A stretch of DNA of 43,390 nucleotides, from NCBI GenBank assembly GCA_030672545.1, contig DAOVGF010000071.1, positions 1 to 43,390 on the forward strand, written 5' to 3'. Numbering within the stretch: position 1 is the stretch's first letter; each line of letters opens with the position of its first letter. The notes below the pieces were generated by a model that was not told the origin of the DNA, did no database searches, and saw only the letters and a list, made by a program, of their open reading frames with translations. Shown one piece after another: positions 28,331-36,843 of this stretch. The DNA is from Candidatus Aerophobota bacterium. Lineage in GTDB: Bacteria; Aerophobota; Aerophobia; Aerophobales; Aerophobaceae. Made by a program: the position numbers and the translations under genes.

Positions 28331-28744
28331 TTACTTTTCTCTTGCTGAAGCTGACTTCTTGATTCCCCTCTCCATATTTTCTATCTCTTTACGGATTTTA
28401 GTGATTTGGGCACCCATTTCTTTTAATTCTGGATTACCGATTCTCTTCTCCAAATGAAGTCGATAAGCTAACTTACCCATTTCACAAAATTTCTCCTCCA
28501 TCCTCTTCCTTTTCTGCCAGATCCGGGGCTTTATTTTAGCCATCTGGCCCAGCTCTTTTGTCTCACTGGTGAATTTCTCCAGTCCTTCCTGGGTAGTCTT
28601 TTTAATCCTCTCAGTCAGCTCATCGAGTTGTTTCCGCCAATCTTTTACTTCACTACCGGTCCTTCCCATTCCTTCCTGAACTGCTCCTTTTATACTTTCT
28701 GTGAGTTTATCTACTTTCCTACCCAACTCCTCCAAAGTTCCCAT
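28331..28744 (-). CDS. Hypothetical coiled-coil protein
   Basis: I prefer the ATG at 28744 (GGAGG 8 nt upstream); the track ORF starts at a GTG at 28753, which lies inside that SD. The sequence is helical, shows heptad-like periodicity and is Lys/Glu-rich. Confidence 0.55.
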   Translation of the reverse strand: MGTLEELGRKVDKLTESIKGAVQEGMGRTGSEVKDWRKQLDELTERIKKTTQEGLEKFTSETKELGQMAKIKPRIWQKRKRMEEKFCEMGKLAYRLHLEKRIGNPELKEMGAQITKIRKEIENMERGIKKSASAREK

Positions 28745-28812
28745 TTTTCTCACCTCCTCGTTGTATTACGAGGGTCCAGCAACTAAATTACCTTATTTTT
28801 GAAAAACCTTGG

Positions 28813-28870
28813 GTAATAATTTAGATTTCCTAAAGATAGCCGCTACCACTATATCTCGGCTAAAAAGGGG
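28813..28870. repeat. Module M plus collapsed REP junction plus right flank (locus I)
   Basis: GTAATAATTTAGATTTCCTAAAGATAGCCGC|TACCACTATATCTCGGCTAAAAAGG aligns with locus H but lacks the 43 nt that hold both hairpins. Confidence 0.75.
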
Positions 28871-28887
28871 TTCTCTTGGAACACCCC
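28862..28887 (-). terminator. Candidate intrinsic terminator of the tRNA-Gly/tRNA-Arg transcript
   Basis: The minus strand reads GGGGTGTTC-CAAGA-GAACCCC followed by TTTTTA. The element lies about 85 nt downstream of the tRNA-Arg 3' end. Confidence 0.5.
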
Positions 28888-28970
28888 ACCTTCTATATAC
28901 CCTACTTTTAGTAAAAATTACCTGTTTTACCCTTCACCAGTTAATCGTTTGAGGGAAGGTTACATTGGGG

Positions 28971-29044
28971 CGCGCCTGAGAGGAGTCGAACCCCCAACCT
29001 ACGGATCCGAAGTCCGTTGCTCTATCCAATTGAGCTACAGGCGC
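28971..29044 (-). tRNA. tRNA-Arg (anticodon TCG)
   Basis: My hand fold of GCGCCTG/TA/GCTC-AATTGGATA-GAGC/A/ACGGA-CTTCGGA-TCCGT/AGGTT/GGGGG-TTCGACT-CCTCT/CAGGCGC/G gives a canonical cloverleaf with anticodon TCG. Confidence 0.93.
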
Positions 29045-29048
29045 AGGG

Positions 29049-29121
29049 AGCGGGAAACGGGACTCGAACCCGCGACCCTCAGCTTGGGAAGCTGATGCTC
29101 TACCAACTGAGCTATTCCCGC
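29049..29121 (-). tRNA. tRNA-Gly (anticodon CCC)
   Basis: My hand fold of GCGGGAA/TA/GCTC-AGTTGGTA-GAGC/A/TCAGC-TTCCCAA-GCTGA/GGGTC/GCGGG-TTCGAGT-CCCGT/TTCCCGC/T gives a canonical cloverleaf. The spacer to tRNA-Arg is 4 nt. Confidence 0.93.
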
Positions 29122-29183
29122 CTCAAAAAAACTCTACAAAAGCCTCTAAATAACCCTGAATGTCTGGATAGTCATCAGCTCAT

Positions 29184-29211
29184 ATTATATCAAATTTTCC
29201 GGGAATGACAA
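29184..29211 (-). promoter_or_regulatory. Candidate sigma70 promoter of the tRNA pair (TTGTCA-16 nt-TATAAT)
   Basis: On the minus strand, TTGTCA lies at 29211-29206 and a perfect TATAAT at 29189-29184. The element is about 60 nt upstream of tRNA-Gly and just downstream of the argB stop. Confidence 0.55.
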
Positions 29212-29233
29212 CTACACAATTTTCCCAATATCT

Positions 29234-30133
29234 TCAAGGCAGAATTTGGGTTCCAATTCCTCGGTCAGTGAAAATCTCCAAAAGAAGGGAATGCTCTTTT
29301 AATCCACTGATAATATGTACCTTTGATACACCTTTTTTTAGGGCAGATTCACAGGCTCTCATTTTGGTTAACATACCTCCCTGAATTCTTCCTTCTTTTA
29401 TCATTCCCCAAACTTGTTTCAAACTCAAAGTGGAAATGAGGCTTCCCGACAGAGCTGATTCCTCTAAAATTCCTTCTACATCGGTCAAAAAAATGAGTTT
29501 TTCTGCCTTGAGGGCGCCGGCCAGACCAGCGGCAACTATATCAGCATTTATATTAAGAGTTTCTCCTTCTTTGCTCATCCCTATGGGAGCAACCACAGAA
29601 ATAAATCCTTCTCTTTCCAGAATCTCGATAATAGCGGAGTTTATCTTTTCTATCTCTCCCACCAGACCCAACTTTTTGTCCTTACTTCGAGAGGCCAGAA
29701 TAAGTTCTCCATCTTTACCACCTATTCCCACGGCCCTACCGCCGAATTGATTGAGCAGAGAAACTATCTGCTTATTTATTTTCCCCATCAGAACCATTTC
29801 CGCAATTTCCATAGTTTCACTGTCAGTAACTCGATTCCCCTCAATAAACCGGGGCTTTATACCCAGTTTTTCCATAAATGTAGTTATGGCCTTTCCACCA
29901 CCATGCACTATTACTGGCTTGATCCCTACATATTTCATCAGGGTAATGTCTCTGGCTACACTTCTTTTGAGCTTTTCATCAGCCATAGCCTGGCCACCAT
30001 ATTTCACTACCACTGTTTTCCCGGAAAACTCCCTGATGTAGGGAAGAGCCTCTGCTAATACTTGAGCACGTCTAAGAGCATTTTCCAATTTCCGCCTCCG
30101 GAAAGAAGATAGCTTAACTGTGGGTTTTGTCAA
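29234..30133 (-). CDS. argB: Acetylglutamate kinase
   Basis: The ORF has 'ALPYIREFSGKTVVVKYGGQAM' and 'VHGGG'. It uses a TTG start with GGAG 6 nt upstream. Confidence 0.93.
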   Translation of the reverse strand: MTKPTVKLSSFRRRKLENALRRAQVLAEALPYIREFSGKTVVVKYGGQAMADEKLKRSVARDITLMKYVGIKPVIVHGGGKAITTFMEKLGIKPRFIEGNRVTDSETMEIAEMVLMGKINKQIVSLLNQFGGRAVGIGGKDGELILASRSKDKKLGLVGEIEKINSAIIEILEREGFISVVAPIGMSKEGETLNINADIVAAGLAGALKAEKLIFLTDVEGILEESALSGSLISTLSLKQVWGMIKEGRIQGGMLTKMRACESALKKGVSKVHIISGLKEHSLLLEIFTDRGIGTQILP

Positions 30134-30201
30134 CAGGAACTCCGCCAGGTTTGGAGGTATGGAGATTGACGGATGACTATAATCTGATAGAATTTGCCCC
30201 G

Positions 30202-30618
30202 ATGAAGAGGTACGAATTTATTAATCATACTGCCGATTTAGGTCTAAAAATCCGCGGAAGCACCGCCCCTGAGTTGTTTGAAAATGCAGCTTGGGCTATG
30301 TTTGATATTCTGGTCGACTTAAGAGGAGTAAACTGCCGGGAACAGAGAGAGCTAATTGTGGAGAGCGAGGGATGGGATGAACTCTTGGCTGATTGGCTGC
30401 GAAAGCTTCTTTCTCAATTCAATGGTTATGGATATATATTTAAAACATTTAAAGTAGAGAAAATAGACAAATTCCGTTTACAAGCTACAGTTTGTGGGGA
30501 AAAACTCAATTTAAAAAAACACCGGCTGAAAACTGAGATAAAGGCAGTGACCTATCACGGATTGCAGGTAAAAAGAGATGTGAGAGGCTGGCAAGCCCAG
30601 GTTATTTTTGACATTTAA
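30202..30618 (+). CDS. Archease
   Basis: I moved the start to the ATG at 30202 ('MKRYEFINHTADLGLKIRG'), the typical archease N-terminus. The C-terminal 'IKAVTYHGLQV' also fits. Confidence 0.85.
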   Translation: MKRYEFINHTADLGLKIRGSTAPELFENAAWAMFDILVDLRGVNCREQRELIVESEGWDELLADWLRKLLSQFNGYGYIFKTFKVEKIDKFRLQATVCGEKLNLKKHRLKTEIKAVTYHGLQVKRDVRGWQAQVIFDI

Positions 30619-30691
30619 ATCAAAGGGAAGAGGCCATGGAGATTTTCCGGAAGCTAAAGGTCTTGCCTGGCCGGTAATCCAAGGTTTTGCT

Positions 30692-32137
30692 ATGAATGAA
30701 TTTGTTTTCAAAAAGATTGATGATTACCGCTGGGAGATCCCCCCCGTGGAGGGAATGCGGGTTCCCGGTAGGTTCTATGCTGACTTCAAGATGCTTCAGG
30801 TGGTCAAAAAAGATAACACCCCCTTACAAGTAAAGAATGTAGCTCACCTACCGGGGATTTTAAAGTATTCTCTGGCTATGCCTGACATGCACTGGGGTTA
30901 CGGCTTTCCCATTGGTGGGGTGGCCGCCACTGATCCTGCTCAAGGCGGGGTAATCTCCCCCGGAGGGATTGGCTACGATATCAACTGTGGAGTGAGGCTT
31001 GTCCGCACCAACCTGGAGCTGTCCCAGATAAAAAGTAAGCTCCCTTCTCTTCTGTCAACTCTTTTCTCCCGAATACCCTGTGGAGTAGGATGCACCTCTA
31101 ATTTACATCTTTCCCAGTCTGATTTAAGAAAAGTCTTCGTCCAGGGAGCTAGGTGGGCGGTAAGACAAGGCTTTGGAAGTCAAGAAGATCTGGAGCGGAC
31201 CGAGGAATACGGTGCTATGGAAGGAGCGGATCCTGACCGGGTCAGTCCTATGGCCTACAAGAGAGGGAAAAACCAGGTGGGAACACTGGGCTCGGGAAAC
31301 CACTTTTTAGAAATTGATCTAATTGATGAAATTTATGATGACCTGGTAGCCACGGTTTTTGGACTAAGGAAAGGAGCGATTGCCGTCATCATCCACAGTG
31401 GCTCCCGGGGCCTGGGTTATCAAATTTGCGATGATTACTTAGCTGTAATGCGCCGGGCAGTACTTAAGTATAATATCTCTCTGCCTGACCGTCAGTTAGC
31501 CTGTGCTCCTCTTGGCTCTCCGGAAGGACAGGACTATTTTAGCGCCATGGCTTGTGCGGCTAATTATGCCTGGGCTAACCGACAGGTAATGATGCACTGG
31601 ACCCACCAGGTTTTCCAGAGAGTACTTAATCTCTCACCCAGAGAGTTAGGAATGGAATTGGTCTATGACGTTTGTCACAATATTGGTAAATTTGAGAAAC
31701 ATTTAATTAAGGGAGAAAAAAAGTTAATTTTTGTCCACCGCAAAGGAGCCACCCGAGCTTTCCCGGCTAATCACCCTCAAGTGCCGGAAATTTATCGAAA
31801 AGTCGGCCAGCCAGTGTTGGTTCCGGGAGACATGGGGACCAATTCTTACGTAATGGTAGGCTCTGAGTTAGCTCTGAAAGAATCCTGGGGAAGCACCTGC
31901 CACGGGGCCGGTAGAGTAATGAGTCGATCTAAGGCTATAAAGGTTGCCCGGGGTAGATCAATTGAAAAAGAAATGGAGAAGAAAGGGATATTACTTATGG
32001 CCCGAGGCAGAGGAACTATAGCCGAGGAAATGCCCGAGGCTTACAAGGATATAGATCAAGTGGTGGAAATCGTAGAAAAAGCAGGACTTTCCCGAAAAGT
32101 AGCTCGTCTTAGACCATTGGGTGTAATCAAAGGATAA
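30692..32137 (+). CDS. rtcB: RNA-splicing ligase RtcB
   Basis: I moved the start to the ATG at 30692. The protein has 'MPDMHWGYGFPIGGVAA', 'GYDINCGVR', 'GSGNHFLEI' and 'HSGSRGLG', the RtcB metal/GMP-His motifs. Confidence 0.95.
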   Translation: MNEFVFKKIDDYRWEIPPVEGMRVPGRFYADFKMLQVVKKDNTPLQVKNVAHLPGILKYSLAMPDMHWGYGFPIGGVAATDPAQGGVISPGGIGYDINCGVRLVRTNLELSQIKSKLPSLLSTLFSRIPCGVGCTSNLHLSQSDLRKVFVQGARWAVRQGFGSQEDLERTEEYGAMEGADPDRVSPMAYKRGKNQVGTLGSGNHFLEIDLIDEIYDDLVATVFGLRKGAIAVIIHSGSRGLGYQICDDYLAVMRRAVLKYNISLPDRQLACAPLGSPEGQDYFSAMACAANYAWANRQVMMHWTHQVFQRVLNLSPRELGMELVYDVCHNIGKFEKHLIKGEKKLIFVHRKGATRAFPANHPQVPEIYRKVGQPVLVPGDMGTNSYVMVGSELALKESWGSTCHGAGRVMSRSKAIKVARGRSIEKEMEKKGILLMARGRGTIAEEMPEAYKDIDQVVEIVEKAGLSRKVARLRPLGVIKG

Positions 32138-32189
32138 GCAAGTAGTTCCGTCTTCAAAAAGGGCTTTGGGTATCCCATAACTGGCTGCG

Positions 32190-33752
32190 TTAGATTTGTT
32201 TTCTGTTTAGTTTATACTCAATAGAATCCAGCAGTGCCTCCCAACTGGCTTCAATTATATTAGGAGAAACACCCACCGTTCCCCAGTGGCTTTCCTCATC
32301 GCAAGAATCTATAAGAACTCTGGTTTTAGCTCTGGTGCCGGCACCCATATCCAGTATTCGGACCTTGTAATCAGCTAAATACATCGCCTTTAGCTCAGGA
32401 TAATTCTGTTCTAAAGCCTTTCGGAGGGCCTTATCCAGAGCATTAACCGGGCCGTTTCCCTCAGCCACGGTATGAATTATTTTCCCCTTCAACTTTAACT
32501 TGACCGTGGCCTCAGAGATAAGTTCTCCGTTTTCTCTCCTTTCCACGGTTACCCGGAAGCTCTCCAGGTCAAATAATTTCTTATATTCCCCGGTAATTTT
32601 CTTGGCCAGAAGCTCGAAAGAACCATCCGCACTTTCGAATTCGTATCCCTGATTCTCCATCTTTTTTATTTGTTTAATCAGCTTCTGGCTCAGTGAAACC
32701 ATTTCTTTCGGATCAAGCTTCCTTCCCTTGAGACGGTAGAGAACGCTACCCCTCCCAGATAGCTCACTTATGAGAATGTCTCTTTTGTTACCCACTAAAG
32801 CAGGATTTATATGTTCATAGGCTTTCCGGTCCCGGGAAACCCCACTGGCATGGATACCTCCCTTATGAGCGAAGGCATATTTACCGACATAGGGTTGATG
32901 CCCATTGGGAGGAAGATTAGCCAGTTCATTGACAAAACGGGAAATACAGGTTAGAGACTTAAGCTTCTCTACCGATAGACAGGGAATATGCATTTTGAAA
33001 ACAAGATTCGGTAAAACTGAACATAAATCAGCGTTACCACATCTTTCTCCGTAACCATTTATGGTTCCCTGAATGTGCTCGACTCCCAGTCTCACAGCAA
33101 TTATAGAATTAGCCACCGCCATACCACTATCATTATGGGTATGGATTCCCAGGGGAGTTTTTATCTTGCTCTTGACTGATTCAATGATTTCTTCAATCTC
33201 GTGAGGGAGTGAACCACCGTTACTGTCGCAGAGAACAAGACAATCTGCTCCCGCCAGGGAAGCTACCTGAAGAATCTTTAAGGCATACGCCGGGTTTTCT
33301 TTGAATCCGTCAAAAAAATGCTCAGCGTCAAAAATAACTTCCCGACCCCTTTTTTTCACATAAGACACCGATTCCTCTATCATCCTCAAGTTTTCGTCCT
33401 CATCGGTTCTCAAGACTTTTTTCACATGAAAAGCCCAACTCTTACCAAAAATGGTTACTACTTCTGTTTCGGCCTCAAGTAATTTTAGTAAATTGGAATC
33501 TTCTTCGGTCCGGGTGTTTTTCCTGCGGGTACTACCAAAAGCAACAATTTTAGCTTTCTTGAGAGAATGTTTCTTAATTTCACCAAAAAATTGAATATCC
33601 TTTGGATTGGAACCAGGCCATCCACCTTCAATGTAATCTATTCCTAACTCATCCAGTTGGAGAGCTACCTCGATCTTGTCACCCAGAGAAAAAGAAAGAT
33701 TGGCTGCTTGGGTACCATCTCGTAAGGTGGTATCGTAAATTTTTACTTTCAT
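32190..33752 (-). CDS. cimA: Citramalate synthase (LeuA-related, CimA type)
   Basis: The 520-aa ORF has '[48 protein letters not shown]', characteristic of the CimA clade, plus a C-terminal LeuA-dimer-like regulatory domain. Confidence 0.8.
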   Translation of the reverse strand: MKVKIYDTTLRDGTQAANLSFSLGDKIEVALQLDELGIDYIEGGWPGSNPKDIQFFGEIKKHSLKKAKIVAFGSTRRKNTRTEEDSNLLKLLEAETEVVTIFGKSWAFHVKKVLRTDEDENLRMIEESVSYVKKRGREVIFDAEHFFDGFKENPAYALKILQVASLAGADCLVLCDSNGGSLPHEIEEIIESVKSKIKTPLGIHTHNDSGMAVANSIIAVRLGVEHIQGTINGYGERCGNADLCSVLPNLVFKMHIPCLSVEKLKSLTCISRFVNELANLPPNGHQPYVGKYAFAHKGGIHASGVSRDRKAYEHINPALVGNKRDILISELSGRGSVLYRLKGRKLDPKEMVSLSQKLIKQIKKMENQGYEFESADGSFELLAKKITGEYKKLFDLESFRVTVERRENGELISEATVKLKLKGKIIHTVAEGNGPVNALDKALRKALEQNYPELKAMYLADYKVRILDMGAGTRAKTRVLIDSCDEESHWGTVGVSPNIIEASWEALLDSIEYKLNRKQI

Positions 33753-33770
33753 AAAAATCCTTTTTTGGCA

Positions 33771-34280
33771 TCATAAAGTTATTAACTTAGTTTTGATCTC
33801 TTCCTTGATATATTCTTCCAATCCCCCTTGGTCAATCAACTGCTGAACAAACTCAGGATAAGGTAAAACAGCGTAACTATGCTTCTGAGATAGATTTTCA
33901 ATCCTCCCCGTTTTTAGATCAATTTGTATAGTTTCTGCTTCATTAACTTCCTGCCAGACTTGGGGACATTCAAAAATAGGAATACCCATATTAAGGCAAT
34001 TTCGAAAGAATATACGAGCAAACGAAACCGCAATAATACAAGCTACTCCTGCACCCTTCAGAGCTAAAGGAGCGTGTTCCCGGGAGGAACCACAACCAAA
34101 ATTATTTCCCACCACTAAGATCTTGGCCTCTTTAACTTTAACCACAAATTTCTCATCCAGATCCTCCAGGCAGTGTTTGGCCAATTCCTCTTGGCTGGTT
34201 GTCACCAGATAACGAGCCGGAATAATTTCATCAGTATTAATGTTGTGGCCGTATTTTAACACTTTTCCCTCAATCTGCAC
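33771..34280 (-). CDS. leuD: 3-isopropylmalate / citramalate dehydratase small subunit
   Basis: The 169-aa ORF has 'GKVLKYGHNINTDEIIPARYL' and 'GNNFGCGSSREHAPLAL', motifs of LeuD type 2. Confidence 0.85.
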   Translation of the reverse strand: MQIEGKVLKYGHNINTDEIIPARYLVTTSQEELAKHCLEDLDEKFVVKVKEAKILVVGNNFGCGSSREHAPLALKGAGVACIIAVSFARIFFRNCLNMGIPIFECPQVWQEVNEAETIQIDLKTGRIENLSQKHSYAVLPYPEFVQQLIDQGGLEEYIKEEIKTKLITL

Positions 34281-34281
34281 C

Positions 34282-35364
34282 TTATTTTCCTCCCTTTGAG
34301 TAGATCGCTTTCTTTCTCAGAAAGAGTTTTATTCTCTTCTTAACTTCCCCGGGAGTGGGCACACCCCCTCCCAGTCTCCCATAAAACCCGAGGGGGATCC
34401 TCCCTTTGACGGCTAATTGAACATCTTCCAACATCTGCCCTTCACTCATCTCCAAAACAAAAATACCTCTTACTCTTTGAGACAGATGCTCCAGAGTCTG
34501 GTAAGGGAAAGGCCACAAAGTGATCGGACGAAAGAGACCAGAACTTATCCCTTCCTCCCTAAGTTCCGAAACAACTTGTTGGCAAACTCTGGCCATACTT
34601 CCGTAGGCTATTAGAAGAATGCTCATATTTTCTGTCTCTAAGATTTGATATCTCACTTCTTTCCGCATTCTTCTATATTTTCTCTGGAGTTTCTGATTGT
34701 GTTTTTCCAGAAGTCCTTCTGCAAGAAAGAGAGATCTGATTAAATTCCTCTTTCTACCTCTGGCTCCGCCTACAGCCCAACTTTTTTCCCCTTTTCCTTC
34801 CCTTATAAGTGGTTTTATTTCTACTCCTTCCATCATTTGGCCAAGGATGGCATCAGCCAGAACCATCACTGGATTTCGATACTTATCGGCCAAATCAAAC
34901 GCCGGAACCATAAAGTCAAACATTTCCTGTCCTGAATAAGGCGCTAAGACTATAAGATGATAATCCCCGTGACCACCTCCTCGAGTAGCCTGAAAATAGT
35001 CAGACTGGGCTGGAGCAATATTCCCCAGCCCTGGTCCACCCCGCATCACATTCACAATTACGGCGGGTAATTCTGCTCCAGCCAAGTAAGAGATACCTTC
35101 CTGTTTCAGACTAATTCCCGGGCCGGAGGAAGAAGTCATGGTCCTGGCCCCAGCAGCAGCAGCTCCATAAACCATATTAATGGCCGCTACCTCACTTTCC
35201 GCTTGAAGAAAAAAGCCACCTACCTCTCTTAATTTCCGGGCCATATAGGCAGGAATTTCTGATTGAGGTGTGATCGGATAACCAAAGTAAAAACGACACC
35301 CCGCTCTAATGGCTCCCTTAGCTAAGGCTTCATTTCCCGAAAGTAAAATTTTCTTCACTTCCAT
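34282..35364 (-). CDS. 2-oxoacid:ferredoxin oxidoreductase alpha-type subunit (VorB-like)
   Basis: The 360-aa ORF has 'GNEALAKGAIRAGCRFYFGYPITPQSEI', 'LQAESEVAAINMVYGAAAAGARTMTSSSGPGISLKQEGISYLAGAELP' and 'RGGPGLGNIAPAQSDYFQ'. I see no SD upstream of the ATG. Confidence 0.8.
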   Translation of the reverse strand: MEVKKILLSGNEALAKGAIRAGCRFYFGYPITPQSEIPAYMARKLREVGGFFLQAESEVAAINMVYGAAAAGARTMTSSSGPGISLKQEGISYLAGAELPAVIVNVMRGGPGLGNIAPAQSDYFQATRGGGHGDYHLIVLAPYSGQEMFDFMVPAFDLADKYRNPVMVLADAILGQMMEGVEIKPLIREGKGEKSWAVGGARGRKRNLIRSLFLAEGLLEKHNQKLQRKYRRMRKEVRYQILETENMSILLIAYGSMARVCQQVVSELREEGISSGLFRPITLWPFPYQTLEHLSQRVRGIFVLEMSEGQMLEDVQLAVKGRIPLGFYGRLGGGVPTPGEVKKRIKLFLRKKAIYSKGGK

Positions 35365-35404
35365 TTTATTGAGATAGTTTAAGAACTTTTCTTCCTGTAT
35401 TTTT

Positions 35405-35517
35405 GTAATAGTTTAGTTTTCAAAAAGGTAGCCGCGAGTTTTTGACTTGCACCAATAAACGCAGGCTAAAGCCTGCGGCTACCGGATCATAATAGAGGAA
35501 ATAAAGCCTGCGGCTAC
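35405..35517. repeat. Module M plus REPIN-like doublet plus decayed REP (locus J)
   Basis: The M module is GTAATAGTTTAGTTTTCAAAAAG. It is followed by GTAG-CC-GCGAGT-TTTTG-ACTTGC (35428-35450) and GCAGGC-TAAA-GCCTGC-GG-CTAC (35461-35482). Next come GGATCATAA (shared with 12614-12622) and the half copy TAAAGCCTGCGGCTAC (35502-35517). Confidence 0.85.
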
Positions 35518-35518
35518 T

Positions 35519-35599
35519 CAGACGAACCAGACGAACCAGAGGAACCAGACGAACCAGATCAACGAGATAAACGGACTCAACGGACTCAACGAGACAAAC
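35519..35599. repeat. Tandem 9-nt repeat array, 9 units (CAGACGAAC-like on the plus strand)
   Basis: The units are CAGACGAAC x2, CAGAGGAAC, CAGACGAAC, CAGATCAAC, GAGATAAAC, GGACTCAAC x2 and GAGACAAAC. The array is the reverse complement of the unit type at 26852-26914 and ends 5 nt from the rseP stop codon. Confidence 0.85.
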
Positions 35600-35604
35600 C
35601 AGTG

Positions 35605-36633
35605 TTACCGACCAGCCAAACGAAGAATATCCTGATAGGTTACCAGAATAACTAAGACCATTAAAATTATAAAACCAAGATAGTGAATTAACTCTTGTTT
35701 AGCCATATTAATTGGCCTACCCCAAACTCCCTCAATTATTAAAAACAAAAGTCTGCCACCATCCAGAGCCGGTATAGGCAGTAGATTAAAAAGACCTAAG
35801 TTGATACTGAGCAAGGCGGCCAAAGCCAGAAAATTAACTACTCCCATTCTGGCGCTCTGCCCAACGATCTGAATAATGCCAACCGGTCCGGAGAACTCAG
35901 CCGGGACCGTCCCTTTAATCATTCCCCCCACGGCTGAAATAATCACCCCGGTAATGAAAACAGTTCTTTTTGCTCCCCGACCCAGTGCTTCCAGAAGATT
36001 ATAGCGGACATAAACCGTTGGCTGAGTAATACCGATAATCTTTCTTTTTAGCTCCGGATCAAATATCGGCTTCACCTTAACAATGAAGATTTGGGTTTCT
36101 CGCTCTATCGATAAGGCAAGAGTTTCATCGCCATCTTCTGTTATTAGAGGAGACAGCTCATTCCAATTGTGGACAGGGCGGCCATTAATTTGAACTATCC
36201 GATCGCCAGGTAAAATCCCCGCCTCCTCAGCCGGAGAATTGACTACTACTTGTCCCACTATGGTCTCATTGATATTGACAGTATAAAATCCAATCATAAA
36301 AACCGCCGCTAACAGGATTATACTAATCAAATAATTCATCAGGGAACCGGCACAGATTACTAGAATACGTTGGCCCAGTGATTTGTTCTGAAAACCATTT
36401 TTAGTGTTTTCTTCTCCCGGCTGCATTCCGGCGATTTTCACATAACCTCCTAAAGGAAAAGCCGAAACAACATACTCGGTTTCCCCTCTTTTTATTCCCC
36501 AGAGGCGAGGACCAAAACCAAAGGAAAACTTATCCACCCGGATACCAAATTTTTTGGCCATTAAGAGATGCCCCAATTCATGAGGCAGAATAAGGATAAT
36601 AAACACGATTACCACAAAAATTAAAGTAAACAT
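35605..36633 (-). CDS. rseP: RIP metalloprotease RseP (site-2 protease)
   Basis: The ORF has 'HELGHLLMAKKFG' (HExxH), a central PDZ ('NSPAEEAGILPGDRIVQING') and 'LFNLLPIPALDGG'. Confidence 0.88.
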   Translation of the reverse strand: MFTLIFVVIVFIILILPHELGHLLMAKKFGIRVDKFSFGFGPRLWGIKRGETEYVVSAFPLGGYVKIAGMQPGEENTKNGFQNKSLGQRILVICAGSLMNYLISIILLAAVFMIGFYTVNINETIVGQVVVNSPAEEAGILPGDRIVQINGRPVHNWNELSPLITEDGDETLALSIERETQIFIVKVKPIFDPELKRKIIGITQPTVYVRYNLLEALGRGAKRTVFITGVIISAVGGMIKGTVPAEFSGPVGIIQIVGQSARMGVVNFLALAALLSINLGLFNLLPIPALDGGRLLFLIIEGVWGRPINMAKQELIHYLGFIILMVLVILVTYQDILRLAGR

Positions 36634-36687
36634 TTAGTCTCTCCCTGTTTTCTTAACCCAGCAAAATTCTTAACAACTCACTTGCAA

Positions 36688-36815
36688 GTGGGGACGACTT
36701 TAGTCGCCCTCGGCCAAGGTAGTCGCAACCTTTAGGTTGCACTTGTTTTTCGCCGGCTAAAACCTGCGGCTACTCAAACGGAACCATTAATTCTTAGTAA
36801 TAATTTAGATTTCCT
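36688..36815. repeat. Three REP-like units, a single 9-mer unit and module M (locus K)
   Basis: The three REP-like units are GTGG-GGACGAC-TTTA-GTCGCCC (36688-36709), GTAG-TC-GCAACC-TTTA-GGTTGC (36719-36740) and GCCGGC-TAAA-ACCTGC-GG-CTAC (36752-36773). They are followed by TCAAACGGAACCA, which resembles one unit of the 35519 array, and GTAATAATTTAGATTTCCT (36797-36815). Confidence 0.8.
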
Positions 36816-36843
36816 ATCAGCCGTTAAGCCGGATTTTCATTTG

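Noticed and set aside
35365-35604. I looked for a riboswitch, T-box or leader-peptide attenuator upstream of vorB-leuD-cimA, and likewise upstream of ilvB and the serC-like/serA genes.
   Set aside because: REP-like and 9-mer repeats fully account for these regions. I could not recognise a specifier/T-box motif, a branched-chain-codon leader peptide or a known riboswitch core by eye.
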